IMG/VR virus record: IMGVR_UViG_3300032221_000327
Reading direction: 5' to 3' (one strand)
DNA from: an uncultured virus (IMG/VR IMGVR_UViG_3300032221_000327)
Taxonomy: Duplodnaviria > Heunggongvirae > Uroviricota > Caudoviricetes
Length of the DNA: 64,000 nucleotides
In this document: piece after piece, positions 7,792 through 16,316 of the stretch
How positions within the stretch are numbered: position 1 is the first letter of the stretch
How the letters are laid out: every line of letters begins with the position of its first letter
Program-made: the position numbers and the translations under genes
Notes under the pieces: model-generated
The model's input: the letters and a program-made list of their open reading frames with translations, nothing else
Databases searched by the model: none
What the model was told of the DNA's origin: nothing

Positions 7792-7835
7792 CACGCTCTT
7801 GCCATGTTGCGCTAGCCTGCTCCTGTTGATCCCCG

Positions 7836-7855
7836 GCCCGCTCGGCGGGCTTTTT
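7836..7855 (+). terminator. intrinsic terminator-like hairpin
   Basis: GCCCGC-TCG-GCGGGC-TTTTT. Confidence 0.6.
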
Positions 7856-7862
7856 GTGTCTT

Positions 7863-10400
7863 ATGAAGCTCAAGGAAAAGGCTCGTTGCGAAAAGATTGC
7901 TCGCACTGGCAGGGTGCAAGATTGGCTTGATAGCCCCGAAAGCAGACTCCCGGCATCTTGCACTACGTTCATCGTGGAAGATGATATGGAAGGGCCGGAT
8001 GGTATTGAGGCTTCGTGGCGCTACGTCTCCCATGGCCTTCGCAACGCTGCAGGAGTGGCGGTCCACCTCTCCAAACTTCGCCCTCGTGGCACGGACAATG
8101 GCAAAGGACTGATTGCTAGCGGTCCCGTAAGTTTCGCCACCATCTATAGCAAACTTAATGAGATTCTTCGGCGTGGCGGCAAGTTCCGCAATGGTGCTAT
8201 TACACTCCATCTTGATTATGACCATCCTGATGCCATTGATTTTGTTAATGCAACTCGCGCCGAACTTCCCTGGGCTAAGCGTTGTCTAAACGTTGACCAA
8301 CATTTCCTTGACAAAGCATCGCCTGAACTGATTTCCGCTTGCATGAAAGCAATCAGCAATGGCGACCTTTGGCTCACAAAAATGCGCACTGACAAGAATG
8401 GTGCTCGCATCTATGGCAATGTTTGCGTAGCTGGCAGCACTATCATTCTCACCACTGAAGGCCCTCGCAAGATTTCTGATCTCCAAGGCCAAGCCTTCGT
8501 TGCAATTATTAATGGCCAAGAGCATCCTTCTTCTGATCGTGGTGCATGGAGCAATGGCTTCCGTCAAACCTATCTTCTGGAGACCAAAGAAGGCTATTCA
8601 GTTCGGGCCACTGCCGATCATAAAATCATGACGGCCAATGGATGGAAAGAACTTGGCAGTTTGAAGCCTGGTGACAAGATTTCACTCAACAAGCACTGGT
8701 CAGACGAAGCTTGCCAATGGGGCGGCAAGGGTTCTTACGACGAGGGCTGGCTGATTGGCTGGCTTCTCGCTGATGGCACCTACCAGAACGACGAAAATGC
8801 CAAGCTTGATTTTTATGGCAGCAAGCAATGTCTACTAGATGGCGCCCTGAAAAAGCTTGCCACTCTTGACAACTATCTTCAGCGCGACCACTATTCTAAA
8901 CTTCGCACTGGCACTGTTAGCGCATGTGCTGATCGTACAAGCGTAGGAAGCGCAGGACTAGCTCGTGCTGCCATGGAATATGGCATTGCTCGTAGCAATA
9001 AAACCGCCACTGAACTCCTTGAAGAAACTAGCGCAGAGTTTCAGCGAGGATTCCTTGAAGCCTATTTTTCTGCTGATGGCACTGTTAGTGTTGGAGGTGT
9101 GTCGGGCAATGGTAAAAGCATTGGCGTGACGAGCGTCAACTTCCGCAATTTGGAAGTGATGCAACGCATGTTGCTGCGCTTTGGTATTCGCAGTCGTATT
9201 TGGAAAGAGTGCTACAACGGTGGCATGACCATGATGCCAGATGGCAAAGGTGGACAAAAGCTTTATCAAACGCAAAAAGCTTCTCGCCTTGACATTTCTG
9301 GACAAGCCGATTTCCATCGCTTCAACACTTTCATTGGTTTCACTCTTCCCGAAAAACAAGAAAAGCTTGATGCGCTGCTGAGCACTTATCAAAAAGCTGC
9401 CTATGCCAAGCGATATGAAGCCATTGTTTGTTCCATCACGCCTCACGACGTGGAAGAAGTGTTTGATTGCTCCATTCCCACTGCAGGAGCTTTTGATGCC
9501 AATGGCATTTACGTATCGAACTGCTTAGAGGTGCTGCTGCCTCACCGTGGTACATGCCTGCTTGAGCACATCAACATGGGCGCCTGCTCTATTAACGAAC
9601 TTGAAGGGGCATTTGTCGATGGCATGAAAGAGCTTTGCGAACTTCATGGCCGTACTGGCGTGGGAGAAACAGGCGAATATCTGCCACCTGAGAAGGATAG
9701 GCAAGTGGGTCTCGGCATACTCGGCCTCGCCAACTTCCTTTCTATTCACGATATTTCCTACCGGGATTTTGGGGAAGCTCTTGATGCCTTCCTCATGGAT
9801 GATCCACATCCTTGGTGCCACTACTGGGGCGAAAAGCCCGCTGGAAAGGCCGTGAAAGCCCTGGACAAGGCCATTCAAGCCGCTGCGGAAGTGGCTCGTG
9901 AGAACAAGATGGAACGCGCCTTTGCTATTGCCCCTACTGCCTCCTGCTCCTACCGCTACTTAGATGCCCGAGGCTTCACAACTGCCCCTGAAATTGCTCC
10001 TCCCATTGCCCGTATTGTCGATCGGGATAGTGAAACAATGGGCGTGGAACGGTTTGAATATGGGCCAGTGGAAATTGCTGAAGAAGTGGGCTGGGAAACA
10101 TTCCGCAAAGTGGCTGATGGCATTGCGCGGCTTTATTCTCGCACTGGCCTCTACCATTCCTACTCGCTTAACTGGTGGTCGGACATGGTAGTTTGCGACG
10201 AAGCCTTCATTAAAGAATGGCTGGACAGTCCGCAAACTTCTCTTTACTACGCCCTTCAAGTGCAAAGTGGCACCCAAGCCAAGGATGATGTTGGAGTAGA
10301 ATTGGGGGACGACTTCTCCAGTTTCTTTGAGCTGGAGAATGAAGACAAGCCTGAGGCTTGTTCCATTGATGCTGGCTTCTGCGCCGCTTGCTCAGAATGA
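7863..10400 (+). CDS. nrdA: ribonucleotide reductase class I alpha subunit (compact cyanophage type), intein-containing
   Basis: PASC, LSKLRPRG, SGPVSF, split N-V-[intein]-C-L-E motif, IAPTAS, SLYY, C-terminal CAAC; ~480-aa extein. Confidence 0.92.
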   Translation: MKLKEKARCEKIARTGRVQDWLDSPESRLPASCTTFIVEDDMEGPDGIEASWRYVSHGLRNAAGVAVHLSKLRPRGTDNGKGLIASGPVSFATIYSKLNEILRRGGKFRNGAITLHLDYDHPDAIDFVNATRAELPWAKRCLNVDQHFLDKASPELISACMKAISNGDLWLTKMRTDKNGARIYGNVCVAGSTIILTTEGPRKISDLQGQAFVAIINGQEHPSSDRGAWSNGFRQTYLLETKEGYSVRATADHKIMTANGWKELGSLKPGDKISLNKHWSDEACQWGGKGSYDEGWLIGWLLADGTYQNDENAKLDFYGSKQCLLDGALKKLATLDNYLQRDHYSKLRTGTVSACADRTSVGSAGLARAAMEYGIARSNKTATELLEETSAEFQRGFLEAYFSADGTVSVGGVSGNGKSIGVTSVNFRNLEVMQRMLLRFGIRSRIWKECYNGGMTMMPDGKGGQKLYQTQKASRLDISGQADFHRFNTFIGFTLPEKQEKLDALLSTYQKAAYAKRYEAIVCSITPHDVEEVFDCSIPTAGAFDANGIYVSNCLEVLLPHRGTCLLEHINMGACSINELEGAFVDGMKELCELHGRTGVGETGEYLPPEKDRQVGLGILGLANFLSIHDISYRDFGEALDAFLMDDPHPWCHYWGEKPAGKAVKALDKAIQAAAEVARENKMERAFAIAPTASCSYRYLDARGFTTAPEIAPPIARIVDRDSETMGVERFEYGPVEIAEEVGWETFRKVADGIARLYSRTGLYHSYSLNWWSDMVVCDEAFIKEWLDSPQTSLYYALQVQSGTQAKDDVGVELGDDFSSFFELENEDKPEACSIDAGFCAACSE
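8424..9521 (+). mobile_element. intein with LAGLIDADG homing endonuclease (366 aa)
   Basis: Starts CVAGSTIILT, block B ATADHKI, GWLIGWLLADG and GFLEAYFSADG, VFDCSIP, ends GIYVSN before Cys. Confidence 0.93.
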
Positions 10401-10427
10401 CAGTTCTGTTGTTCATTGCTTCCCATG

Positions 10428-10453
10428 GGGCCGAGGTATCGGCCCTTTGTTTT
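10428..10453 (+). terminator. terminator-like hairpin between nrdA and nrdB
   Basis: GGGCCGA-GGTA-TCGGCCC-TTTGTTTT. Confidence 0.55.
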
Positions 10454-10484
10454 CTGTCTTTTCTATTCATCGCACTTACCAACA

Positions 10485-11213
10485 ATGGCCGTTCTTGATT
10501 ATTTTTCTGCAGTGGCACGCAAGCGTCCTTGGCAAGCAGTGCCTGTCACGAAAGGGCAACTGGTGCCCGGTTCCGAAGAAACCATCTACCGTGCATTGGC
10601 CATTCGCCACCTAGAACTGCCCGTGAAGGACATGCTGCTGGAAGGACTGAAGGGCGAGCTGCCTAGCACTCCCGGACTGCTTGAAAGCATTGAAAGCAAC
10701 ATTCTTGACGAAGAACGTCACGATCTGGCCTTGAACTACGTGGCGGCTGCTCATGGCCTCGACGAGAAAGCCGAAGCAGAAGCACTCAAAATTCGTCAAG
10801 CATGGATTGATCACCCTGCTTTTCCCATTGCCAAAGTAGCTGTGCTGGAGCGGAGCATTTTCTTCACCATCCTTCCATTCTTTCGTTTCAATGGTGATAA
10901 AGGACTGCGAACTGTTGCGTCTGATATTTCCAGGGATGAAATATGTCACGCATATTGCCATACGGAAATCTGCAAAGAAGCAGGGGAAAAGTATGGTGAA
11001 AGCCTGAATAAACTTCGCAAGATGACTGCTCTGTGGATTTATGACAAGCTCGGCAAGTCGTCCAATAAGCACTTGAACAAGGACTTCTGGCTCAGGGCAA
11101 GCGACAATCTCTTTTACCATGGCAAAGCTCCTGAACTTACAGAGACAAGAGCATCAGTTATGCCAGCGTTCTTTGAAAGTAATTCACTGAATCTCCCATC
11201 ATACGGTAGGTAG
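10485..11213 (+). CDS. nrdB: ribonucleotide reductase class I beta subunit (ferritin-like)
   Basis: Metal ligands HLELPV, DEERH, VLERS, DEICH; adjacent to nrdA. Confidence 0.85.
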   Translation: MAVLDYFSAVARKRPWQAVPVTKGQLVPGSEETIYRALAIRHLELPVKDMLLEGLKGELPSTPGLLESIESNILDEERHDLALNYVAAAHGLDEKAEAEALKIRQAWIDHPAFPIAKVAVLERSIFFTILPFFRFNGDKGLRTVASDISRDEICHAYCHTEICKEAGEKYGESLNKLRKMTALWIYDKLGKSSNKHLNKDFWLRASDNLFYHGKAPELTETRASVMPAFFESNSLNLPSYGR

Positions 11214-11290
11214 AAATACCTATAATTAATGCAGGGCTGCCCCGATGGATCAGCGCGTGCTATGCTTGCCGGGACTCGGGTTGTCAATCA

Positions 11291-11321
11291 AGCCTCGTCG
11301 TTGGCGCGACGGGGCTTTTTC
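11291..11321 (+). terminator. intrinsic terminator
   Basis: AGCCTCGTCG-TTGGCG-CGACGGGGCT-TTTT. Confidence 0.7.
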
Positions 11322-11382
11322 ATGGCTAGTCTTGCCGTGACAGAGGGCAAGCCCCTGCTTGCACGCTTGCTCCGCTCTCTTG

Positions 11383-11391
11383 TGCTACAGT
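11383..11391 (+). promoter_or_regulatory. extended -10 promoter candidate
   Basis: TG-C-TACAGT just upstream of the first hairpin of the structured region. Confidence 0.45.
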
Positions 11392-11396
11392 TCCGA

Positions 11397-11660
11397 AGGC
11401 GACCGGAAGGCCGCCTCTAAGTCCCCGGCTCGCAGCCTGGGCATTTCCCTCCATTGCTCCGTCAATGGAGAGCAGCCAGTTCAGGAACCTGCGTCGTCAG
11501 GGTGTGGTCTTGCTGGTCTGTGTTCAAATCCCGTGTTTGCGGGTCGGGAGGACGCTCCCGCTAGTTTGGTCCGCTAGTGCGCTTTCCCACTTGGCAAGCG
11601 CAAAGGACTAGCTCCCCTAAGCCTCTCAACGATGCTCAAACAGGGGGACTTCTGGGAGGT
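11397..11660 (+). ncRNA. candidate ~260-nt multi-helix structured RNA
   Basis: At least seven consecutive stems plus an 8-bp long-range closing helix 11419-11426/11644-11651. Confidence 0.6.
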
Positions 11661-11913
11661 GCGTGAAGGCGCTCGCTCATGGTTCGATGCCATGGCTTCC
11701 CTTTCGTGGTACGATGGCGGCGTCCATGCTCTCATTTCCATGCAGCACCAGAACGAGCCCGCAAGGGTGATGGCATTCGTGCCAGCTAGAGGCCCGTGGT
11801 GGTTAGTGGGCGCTCGCCCCGAATCAGGCCGCATCGGCCGTCTTCGCTGGTTTAATTCAGACCAAGAAGAAGGCGTGTTCGGTCGCGTGTTCTGGGGGAG
11901 GGATGCAGTATGA
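11632..11913 (+). CDS. hypothetical protein (start uncertain)
   Basis: Stop overlaps next start (ATGA); 5' end overlaps the structured region. Confidence 0.45.
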   Translation: MLKQGDFWEVREGARSWFDAMASLSWYDGGVHALISMQHQNEPARVMAFVPARGPWWLVGARPESGRIGRLRWFNSDQEEGVFGRVFWGRDAV

Positions 11914-12272
11914 ACTACAAATTCAGCGTTAGCGACATAGAGCACTTTGCCGAGGCAAAAGTGGGGATTGATGGCTGGAAGGCTTACCAATGGGAGCGGG
12001 CCGACGAAGATTCAATCATTACTGGCGACATTCCCCATGGCGTCTACAAAACGGGCAAACGCAAAGGCAGGCCCAAGTTCATTGGCAATGGCCGGAAGGT
12101 GGTGGTGACAAACGCCGAAATGCAGGCTCATGCTGCCGCCTGGGAAGCTGCGACTGGCAAATGCTGGGACTGTAAAGGCACTGGGCAAACGTTGGCTGGC
12201 TGGAGCAAGGCGGAAGGCACTCGCTACCGCACATGCCAGCGATGCAATGGTTCCAAGGAGGCGCAACGATGA
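11910..12272 (+). CDS. protein with DnaJ-type zinc finger
   Basis: CWDCKGTG…CQRCNGS. Confidence 0.7.
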   Translation: MNYKFSVSDIEHFAEAKVGIDGWKAYQWERADEDSIITGDIPHGVYKTGKRKGRPKFIGNGRKVVVTNAEMQAHAAAWEAATGKCWDCKGTGQTLAGWSKAEGTRYRTCQRCNGSKEAQR

Positions 12273-12907
12273 GCACCATTACAAACGGCTGGAACGACAG
12301 TGACATGGAAGAGGCCATGAAATCAGCACGCGCTATGCTGGCCCAAGAAAGGAATGCGCCAGAGCCCGCCGACTTAAGCCACTTGAGCGACGAAGAGTTC
12401 AGCGCCCTGTGCCCGCAGGGCTATCACGCAACAGGAGACTGCGTTTCAGGGCCAACGGACGACGAGCTTAATGTTCTATGGAATCGTTGCGGGATTGCTG
12501 ATGAATACGGTCACCATGAAGGCAACATTTTCCAATACGCTCGTGCTGTTTTGCAATACTGGGGCGGCTTTGTTGTCAGGCCAGCGCCAAGCACAGAAAA
12601 CTGCTGGATCAATGTCAGCAAGGAGCTGCCAGACCCAAGCAAAAAAGTGCTTGCGCATTACAAGAATGACCTAGGGAACGGTCGTACTGTTGTTGCCTGC
12701 TATGTGCCAGCAAAAACAAGATCCGGCGGATACGATGAAGAGTTTGCGGAATACGACGAAGATGCCGATGAGTTTTACTGGCCTGAAGGCTGGTACGAGT
12801 GCATTGAAAACTGGGAAGAGCTGGATTGCGTGAACATTTACGGGGGCGTCGTTACTCACTGGCGCCCATTGCCTGAGTCGCCCGTCTCCGATGCCCCAAA
12901 GCAATGA
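12269..12907 (+). CDS. DUF551-like phage protein
   Basis: WINVSKELPD…VTHWRPLPESP; AAGGAG upstream of ATG 12269. Confidence 0.7.
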   Translation: MSTITNGWNDSDMEEAMKSARAMLAQERNAPEPADLSHLSDEEFSALCPQGYHATGDCVSGPTDDELNVLWNRCGIADEYGHHEGNIFQYARAVLQYWGGFVVRPAPSTENCWINVSKELPDPSKKVLAHYKNDLGNGRTVVACYVPAKTRSGGYDEEFAEYDEDADEFYWPEGWYECIENWEELDCVNIYGGVVTHWRPLPESPVSDAPKQ

Positions 12908-13290
12908 CCACACTCCCCTCTATCGCATTCTCTTTCGTGGCGCTCACCATTGGCGCATGGCTTGGTTACTACGCAGGCCGTAGCGATGCCCGCAGCATGA
13001 GACGCTACAGGCCAGGCATTCGCTATCGCTCCATGCCGACCACGCCCAAGCCCTCCATTGTTCCCAAGCCGCAGTTTCCTGCCCCTCGCGTCATTCGTGA
13101 GGACTTCCTTCCATGGCCATCTTCCTCACTTCCGATACGCACTTCGGCCACAGCAAGATCCTGGCTATTGAAGACAATGGCCAGCGCATCCGTCCGTTTG
13201 ACTCCCTTGACCACATGCACGCCGCACTGGTGGAGCGATGGAACGCAGTGGTGGCGCCTGGCGATACCGTCTACCACATGGGCGATGTGA
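12904..13290 (+). CDS. small membrane-anchored protein, C-terminus probably a read-through extension
   Basis: N-terminal hydrophobic helix, Pro-rich TTPKPSIVPKPQFP; last ~58 codons overlap next gene. Confidence 0.5.
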   Translation: MTTLPSIAFSFVALTIGAWLGYYAGRSDARSMRRYRPGIRYRSMPTTPKPSIVPKPQFPAPRVIREDFLPWPSSSLPIRTSATARSWLLKTMASASVRLTPLTTCTPHWWSDGTQWWRLAIPSTTWAM

Positions 13291-13652
13291 GCATGACCCG
13301 TAAAGGGCTCCAAATACTGGAGAGGCTGAATGGCCGGAAGGTGCTCATTCGCGGCAACCACGACATTTACAGCCTCAAGGACTACGCTCGCTTCTTCGCT
13401 GATGTGCGTGGATGCTACGTGCGAGACGGTCTTGTGTTTTCCCATATTCCACTCCATCGTGACTGCCTTGCGAATGAACGCTACCAAGGCAATGTTCACG
13501 GGCACTTGCACAACCATGTGATTGTCGATACCGATGGGGCGCCCAGTTCGTTCTATTTCAACGCTTGTGTCGAAAGGCATGGCTTTGCCCCCGTAGCATT
13601 GGAAGAAGCGAAAGCGTACTTCTCTGGCCATGGACGATCGGCGCACGTTTAA
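13113..13652 (+). CDS. calcineurin-like metallophosphoesterase
   Basis: SDTHFGH, HMGD, GNHD, SHIP, HGHLH. Confidence 0.9.
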   Translation: MAIFLTSDTHFGHSKILAIEDNGQRIRPFDSLDHMHAALVERWNAVVAPGDTVYHMGDVSMTRKGLQILERLNGRKVLIRGNHDIYSLKDYARFFADVRGCYVRDGLVFSHIPLHRDCLANERYQGNVHGHLHNHVIVDTDGAPSSFYFNACVERHGFAPVALEEAKAYFSGHGRSAHV

Positions 13653-13884
13653 CACGCCCATCAGGGAGCCTTGGAACGCTTCCATCCATCAGATATTGCG
13701 TGCCATTGACAACCACACTGCGCTCTACCTGCACACTCGCCTGCCGTGGCACCTAGAAAAGGCTGCGGCATTGCGAGCTTATGTGCATGAGCTGAAAACC
13801 TACATCCATGCAGAAGAAAGGGCCCGTCTGAGCGGGCCCCTGCAACCATCACACCAGGCAGTAACTGACGCGAATGTTGGCTGA
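13630..13884 (+). CDS. hypothetical protein
   Basis: 84-aa helical ORF. Confidence 0.6.
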   Translation: MDDRRTFNTPIREPWNASIHQILRAIDNHTALYLHTRLPWHLEKAAALRAYVHELKTYIHAEERARLSGPLQPSHQAVTDANVG

Positions 13885-13998
13885 CTGCGACTGCAGCAGG
13901 CGAGCAGCCTTCCGCAAGCGTTGTTGAATCAAGGCAAGGTGGTTCATTGTGGCCTCCATGTCCCGGCCCCGTTCCCTGCCGGCGATCATGCGCTCCTG

Positions 13999-14178
13999 CT
14001 ACAGCGGGAGTGAACGTGCCAACAGACTAGCATCATCCTCTGCCACGCCAAGCCAATGCTCCAGCGCACGGGCTGCTAGTCCCGCCTCGATGCTGCGATG
14101 GCCATGGCGCCTGCTGGAAGCCTCCAGCGCACCTTCTGCGGCTGCAATGGCAGCCTGCGGATCATCTTCCCTAACCAT
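13999..14178 (-). CDS. small hypothetical protein
   Basis: ATG 14178 overlapping upstream minus-strand stop. Confidence 0.45.
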   Translation of the reverse strand: MVREDDPQAAIAAAEGALEASSRRHGHRSIEAGLAARALEHWLGVAEDDASLLARSLPL

Positions 14179-14362
14179 CGTCCCTGTCCTTCTGTTCAGC
14201 GGCTTGGCGCTTGAGCGCAGCCTGTAGCTTCTCCATGCGAGGCAGCAGCGATGGACGGTAAACATGCTCTGCCGCCAGGAGCTGCAACGCCGTCTGCCGA
14301 TCACAGGTGAGCAGGCCAACCAGAAAAGTCAGTTCCTGACTGGAAATTTCAAGACTGGCCAT
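14171..14362 (-). CDS. small hypothetical protein
   Basis: 63-aa ORF downstream of terL. Confidence 0.55.
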   Translation of the reverse strand: MASLEISSQELTFLVGLLTCDRQTALQLLAAEHVYRPSLLPRMEKLQAALKRQAAEQKDRDDG

Positions 14363-14399
14363 TGTTCAGCAATGGTGAAAAAGTGGAATTGCTGAAACT

Positions 14400-15773
14400 T
14401 TAGCGCACTAAACTGTTGATCCAGTCAATGTTGTCGTCCTTTGTTGCTTCAAGAATGGCAGCCGCCATAGCAAATGGGTAGTCGTCCACTGCTGCATCCT
14501 TCCCGCCCGTTACGCTCCATTGGCCACTGCTCCTATAGATCACGCCAAGGTTCTTGATCTGCTTGATGGCTTCCTTATGTGGATACAGCTCAATGGCCCC
14601 ACCATTGAACAATTCTTTCATCTTGCTAAAAGCCTTCATCTTGGTGCTAACGGACCACGTAAGTTCCGACACGGGGAACTCTTTGGCCAGTGTCTGAATG
14701 GTGCCGGCTGAGTTGTACTGGTCAAGCACAATGCTCTCAAACTCATACAGCCGGTGGTGCTCCTTGATCCATTCTTCCACCTTGGCAATGTTCACTTCCA
14801 TCTTGCCAGCAATCTCAAAGTCAGCATCAAACTGGTGGAGCTTGTCTACCACTAGGCGCTCCCCTTCGTAGTGGACAATGCAGGCCACGTATAGGTCACG
14901 CTCCTTGCCGCCCTTGGCGGGGTCAAGCGCAAGCACGTAGGTGCCTCGTAGATCCTTCTGTGGCAGCAGGATGCCGCGCTCCTTGTTCACTGCAATGTCA
15001 ACAATCTCGGGTGCCACTAGCGTTGCATTGGTGCGCCTGAACTCAGCACCAAACTCCACCATGAACGACTCAGGATCCTTCCTGCGAGCCGCTTGCATGA
15101 AGTCGCAATCGAAAGGCAGGTTAGGGTTGATCTCCCAGGTTGGGATTTTGAGCGCCTTCATGCCGGGGTAGTCACCGCTTATCGCCTGCTGGTAGTGCTC
15201 ATAGAACACACCATCCGTAATCCATGGCGAAGACAGCTCCAGAACCTTACCAAAGCCCCCGAACTGCGCAATGGAAGGGCCTAGTGCATCGAACAATGCA
15301 CGGGCGCCCCTGTTGGCATCACTGTCCAAGCTGAACGCTACTTCGTCAAAGATGATGCAAACCACTGCCTTGCCACGCGAAGCCCTTGCGGAAGCCGGGA
15401 TCGCCTGAAACACACACCCATTGCTGATTTCTAGCTCAAACGCAGTTTCCCTGACCACTTCCTGCGCCAAGGGACTGTTGATGATGAGCTGACGAATGTT
15501 GTCCAGGGCAATCTTGGCCTGCCCCAAGTCGTTTGCCACCGTGATGATATACCACTTCTCGCCTTTCCTCACCTTGCGCCTGAACTGTTCGTCCAGCACA
15601 AAGCACATATATACTGCCGCCACTGCTGCTAGAAGCGTCTTGCCGCTACGCCTGCCTAAGCACCATACGGCATGGTTGATCTTCTCAGTGAAGAGGTTGT
15701 TGACGATGGACTGCTGCTTTGGCCATAGCTCTAGTCCCAGGGCGTGGTGAGCAAACTCACTGCAGGAGAGCAT
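14400..15773 (-). CDS. terL: terminase large subunit
   Basis: Walker A GRRSGKT, Walker B CIIFDE, coupling LSSP, RNase H-fold LALDPA and terminal DD. Confidence 0.92.
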   Translation of the reverse strand: MLSCSEFAHHALGLELWPKQQSIVNNLFTEKINHAVWCLGRRSGKTLLAAVAAVYMCFVLDEQFRRKVRKGEKWYIITVANDLGQAKIALDNIRQLIINSPLAQEVVRETAFELEISNGCVFQAIPASARASRGKAVVCIIFDEVAFSLDSDANRGARALFDALGPSIAQFGGFGKVLELSSPWITDGVFYEHYQQAISGDYPGMKALKIPTWEINPNLPFDCDFMQAARRKDPESFMVEFGAEFRRTNATLVAPEIVDIAVNKERGILLPQKDLRGTYVLALDPAKGGKERDLYVACIVHYEGERLVVDKLHQFDADFEIAGKMEVNIAKVEEWIKEHHRLYEFESIVLDQYNSAGTIQTLAKEFPVSELTWSVSTKMKAFSKMKELFNGGAIELYPHKEAIKQIKNLGVIYRSSGQWSVTGGKDAAVDDYPFAMAAAILEATKDDNIDWINSLVR

Positions 15774-16269
15774 GTTTCAATTCCTCCATGGACCGTAAGT
15801 GCTGCTGAGGGTAGAAGAAGGCAGGGCGCCCCCTGGCGGGATCAGCCCAGAACTGTGGCTGCATTGCTTCGCCGCCAAAGCACCAGCCATGGATGAGCAC
15901 TTCCTTGTTCTCAATCGTGACCAGCACAAACTTCTTGTCAGGGTTGGAGTGCTTTTGCACAATCAAATCATAGGAATGTTTGGAGCGCGTCTTCACGTCA
16001 ATGCCGGGCAAGTCGTCTGATTCACGCTTGGCCGTGGTTTCCCTGTATAGCTTATCCTTCATGCCAAGGTAGGAGGCCACTGCCATTTCACCAGCGGCGC
16101 CTAGTAAGTGAATGTCCAGCGCATAGCTGCCCCTGGAAGGCCCCTTGTTCCTACCCCGCAGGCCATGCTGCTCGTTCACGCCCTGACGCCTGTGGCCTTC
16201 CTCCATCGCTGCTTCTTTCTCTTGCTTGGAGAGAATGAACGGAATTGGGCAGTGCGTCATAGGGGCCAC
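15757..16269 (-). CDS. putative PD-(D/E)xK nuclease-fold protein
   Basis: GAAGEMAVA…DLPGIDVKT. Confidence 0.55.
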   Translation of the reverse strand: MAPMTHCPIPFILSKQEKEAAMEEGHRRQGVNEQHGLRGRNKGPSRGSYALDIHLLGAAGEMAVASYLGMKDKLYRETTAKRESDDLPGIDVKTRSKHSYDLIVQKHSNPDKKFVLVTIENKEVLIHGWCFGGEAMQPQFWADPARGRPAFFYPQQHLRSMEELKHALLQ

Positions 16270-16316
16270 AATAGCGCCTCAATGATAGCCACCTTCTTAG
16301 AATGGTGGCACTAGCC

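Noticed and set aside
7789..7815. Amber stop-codon reassignment suggested by an in-frame TAG
   Set aside because: TAG is a clear terminator elsewhere (nrdB 11213, 40386, 42190 right before the next start) and long genes have no internal TAG
11470..11545. tRNA gene (GTTCAAATC T-loop-like sequence)
   Set aside because: Flanking bases do not form a T stem and no cloverleaf or acceptor stem can be built
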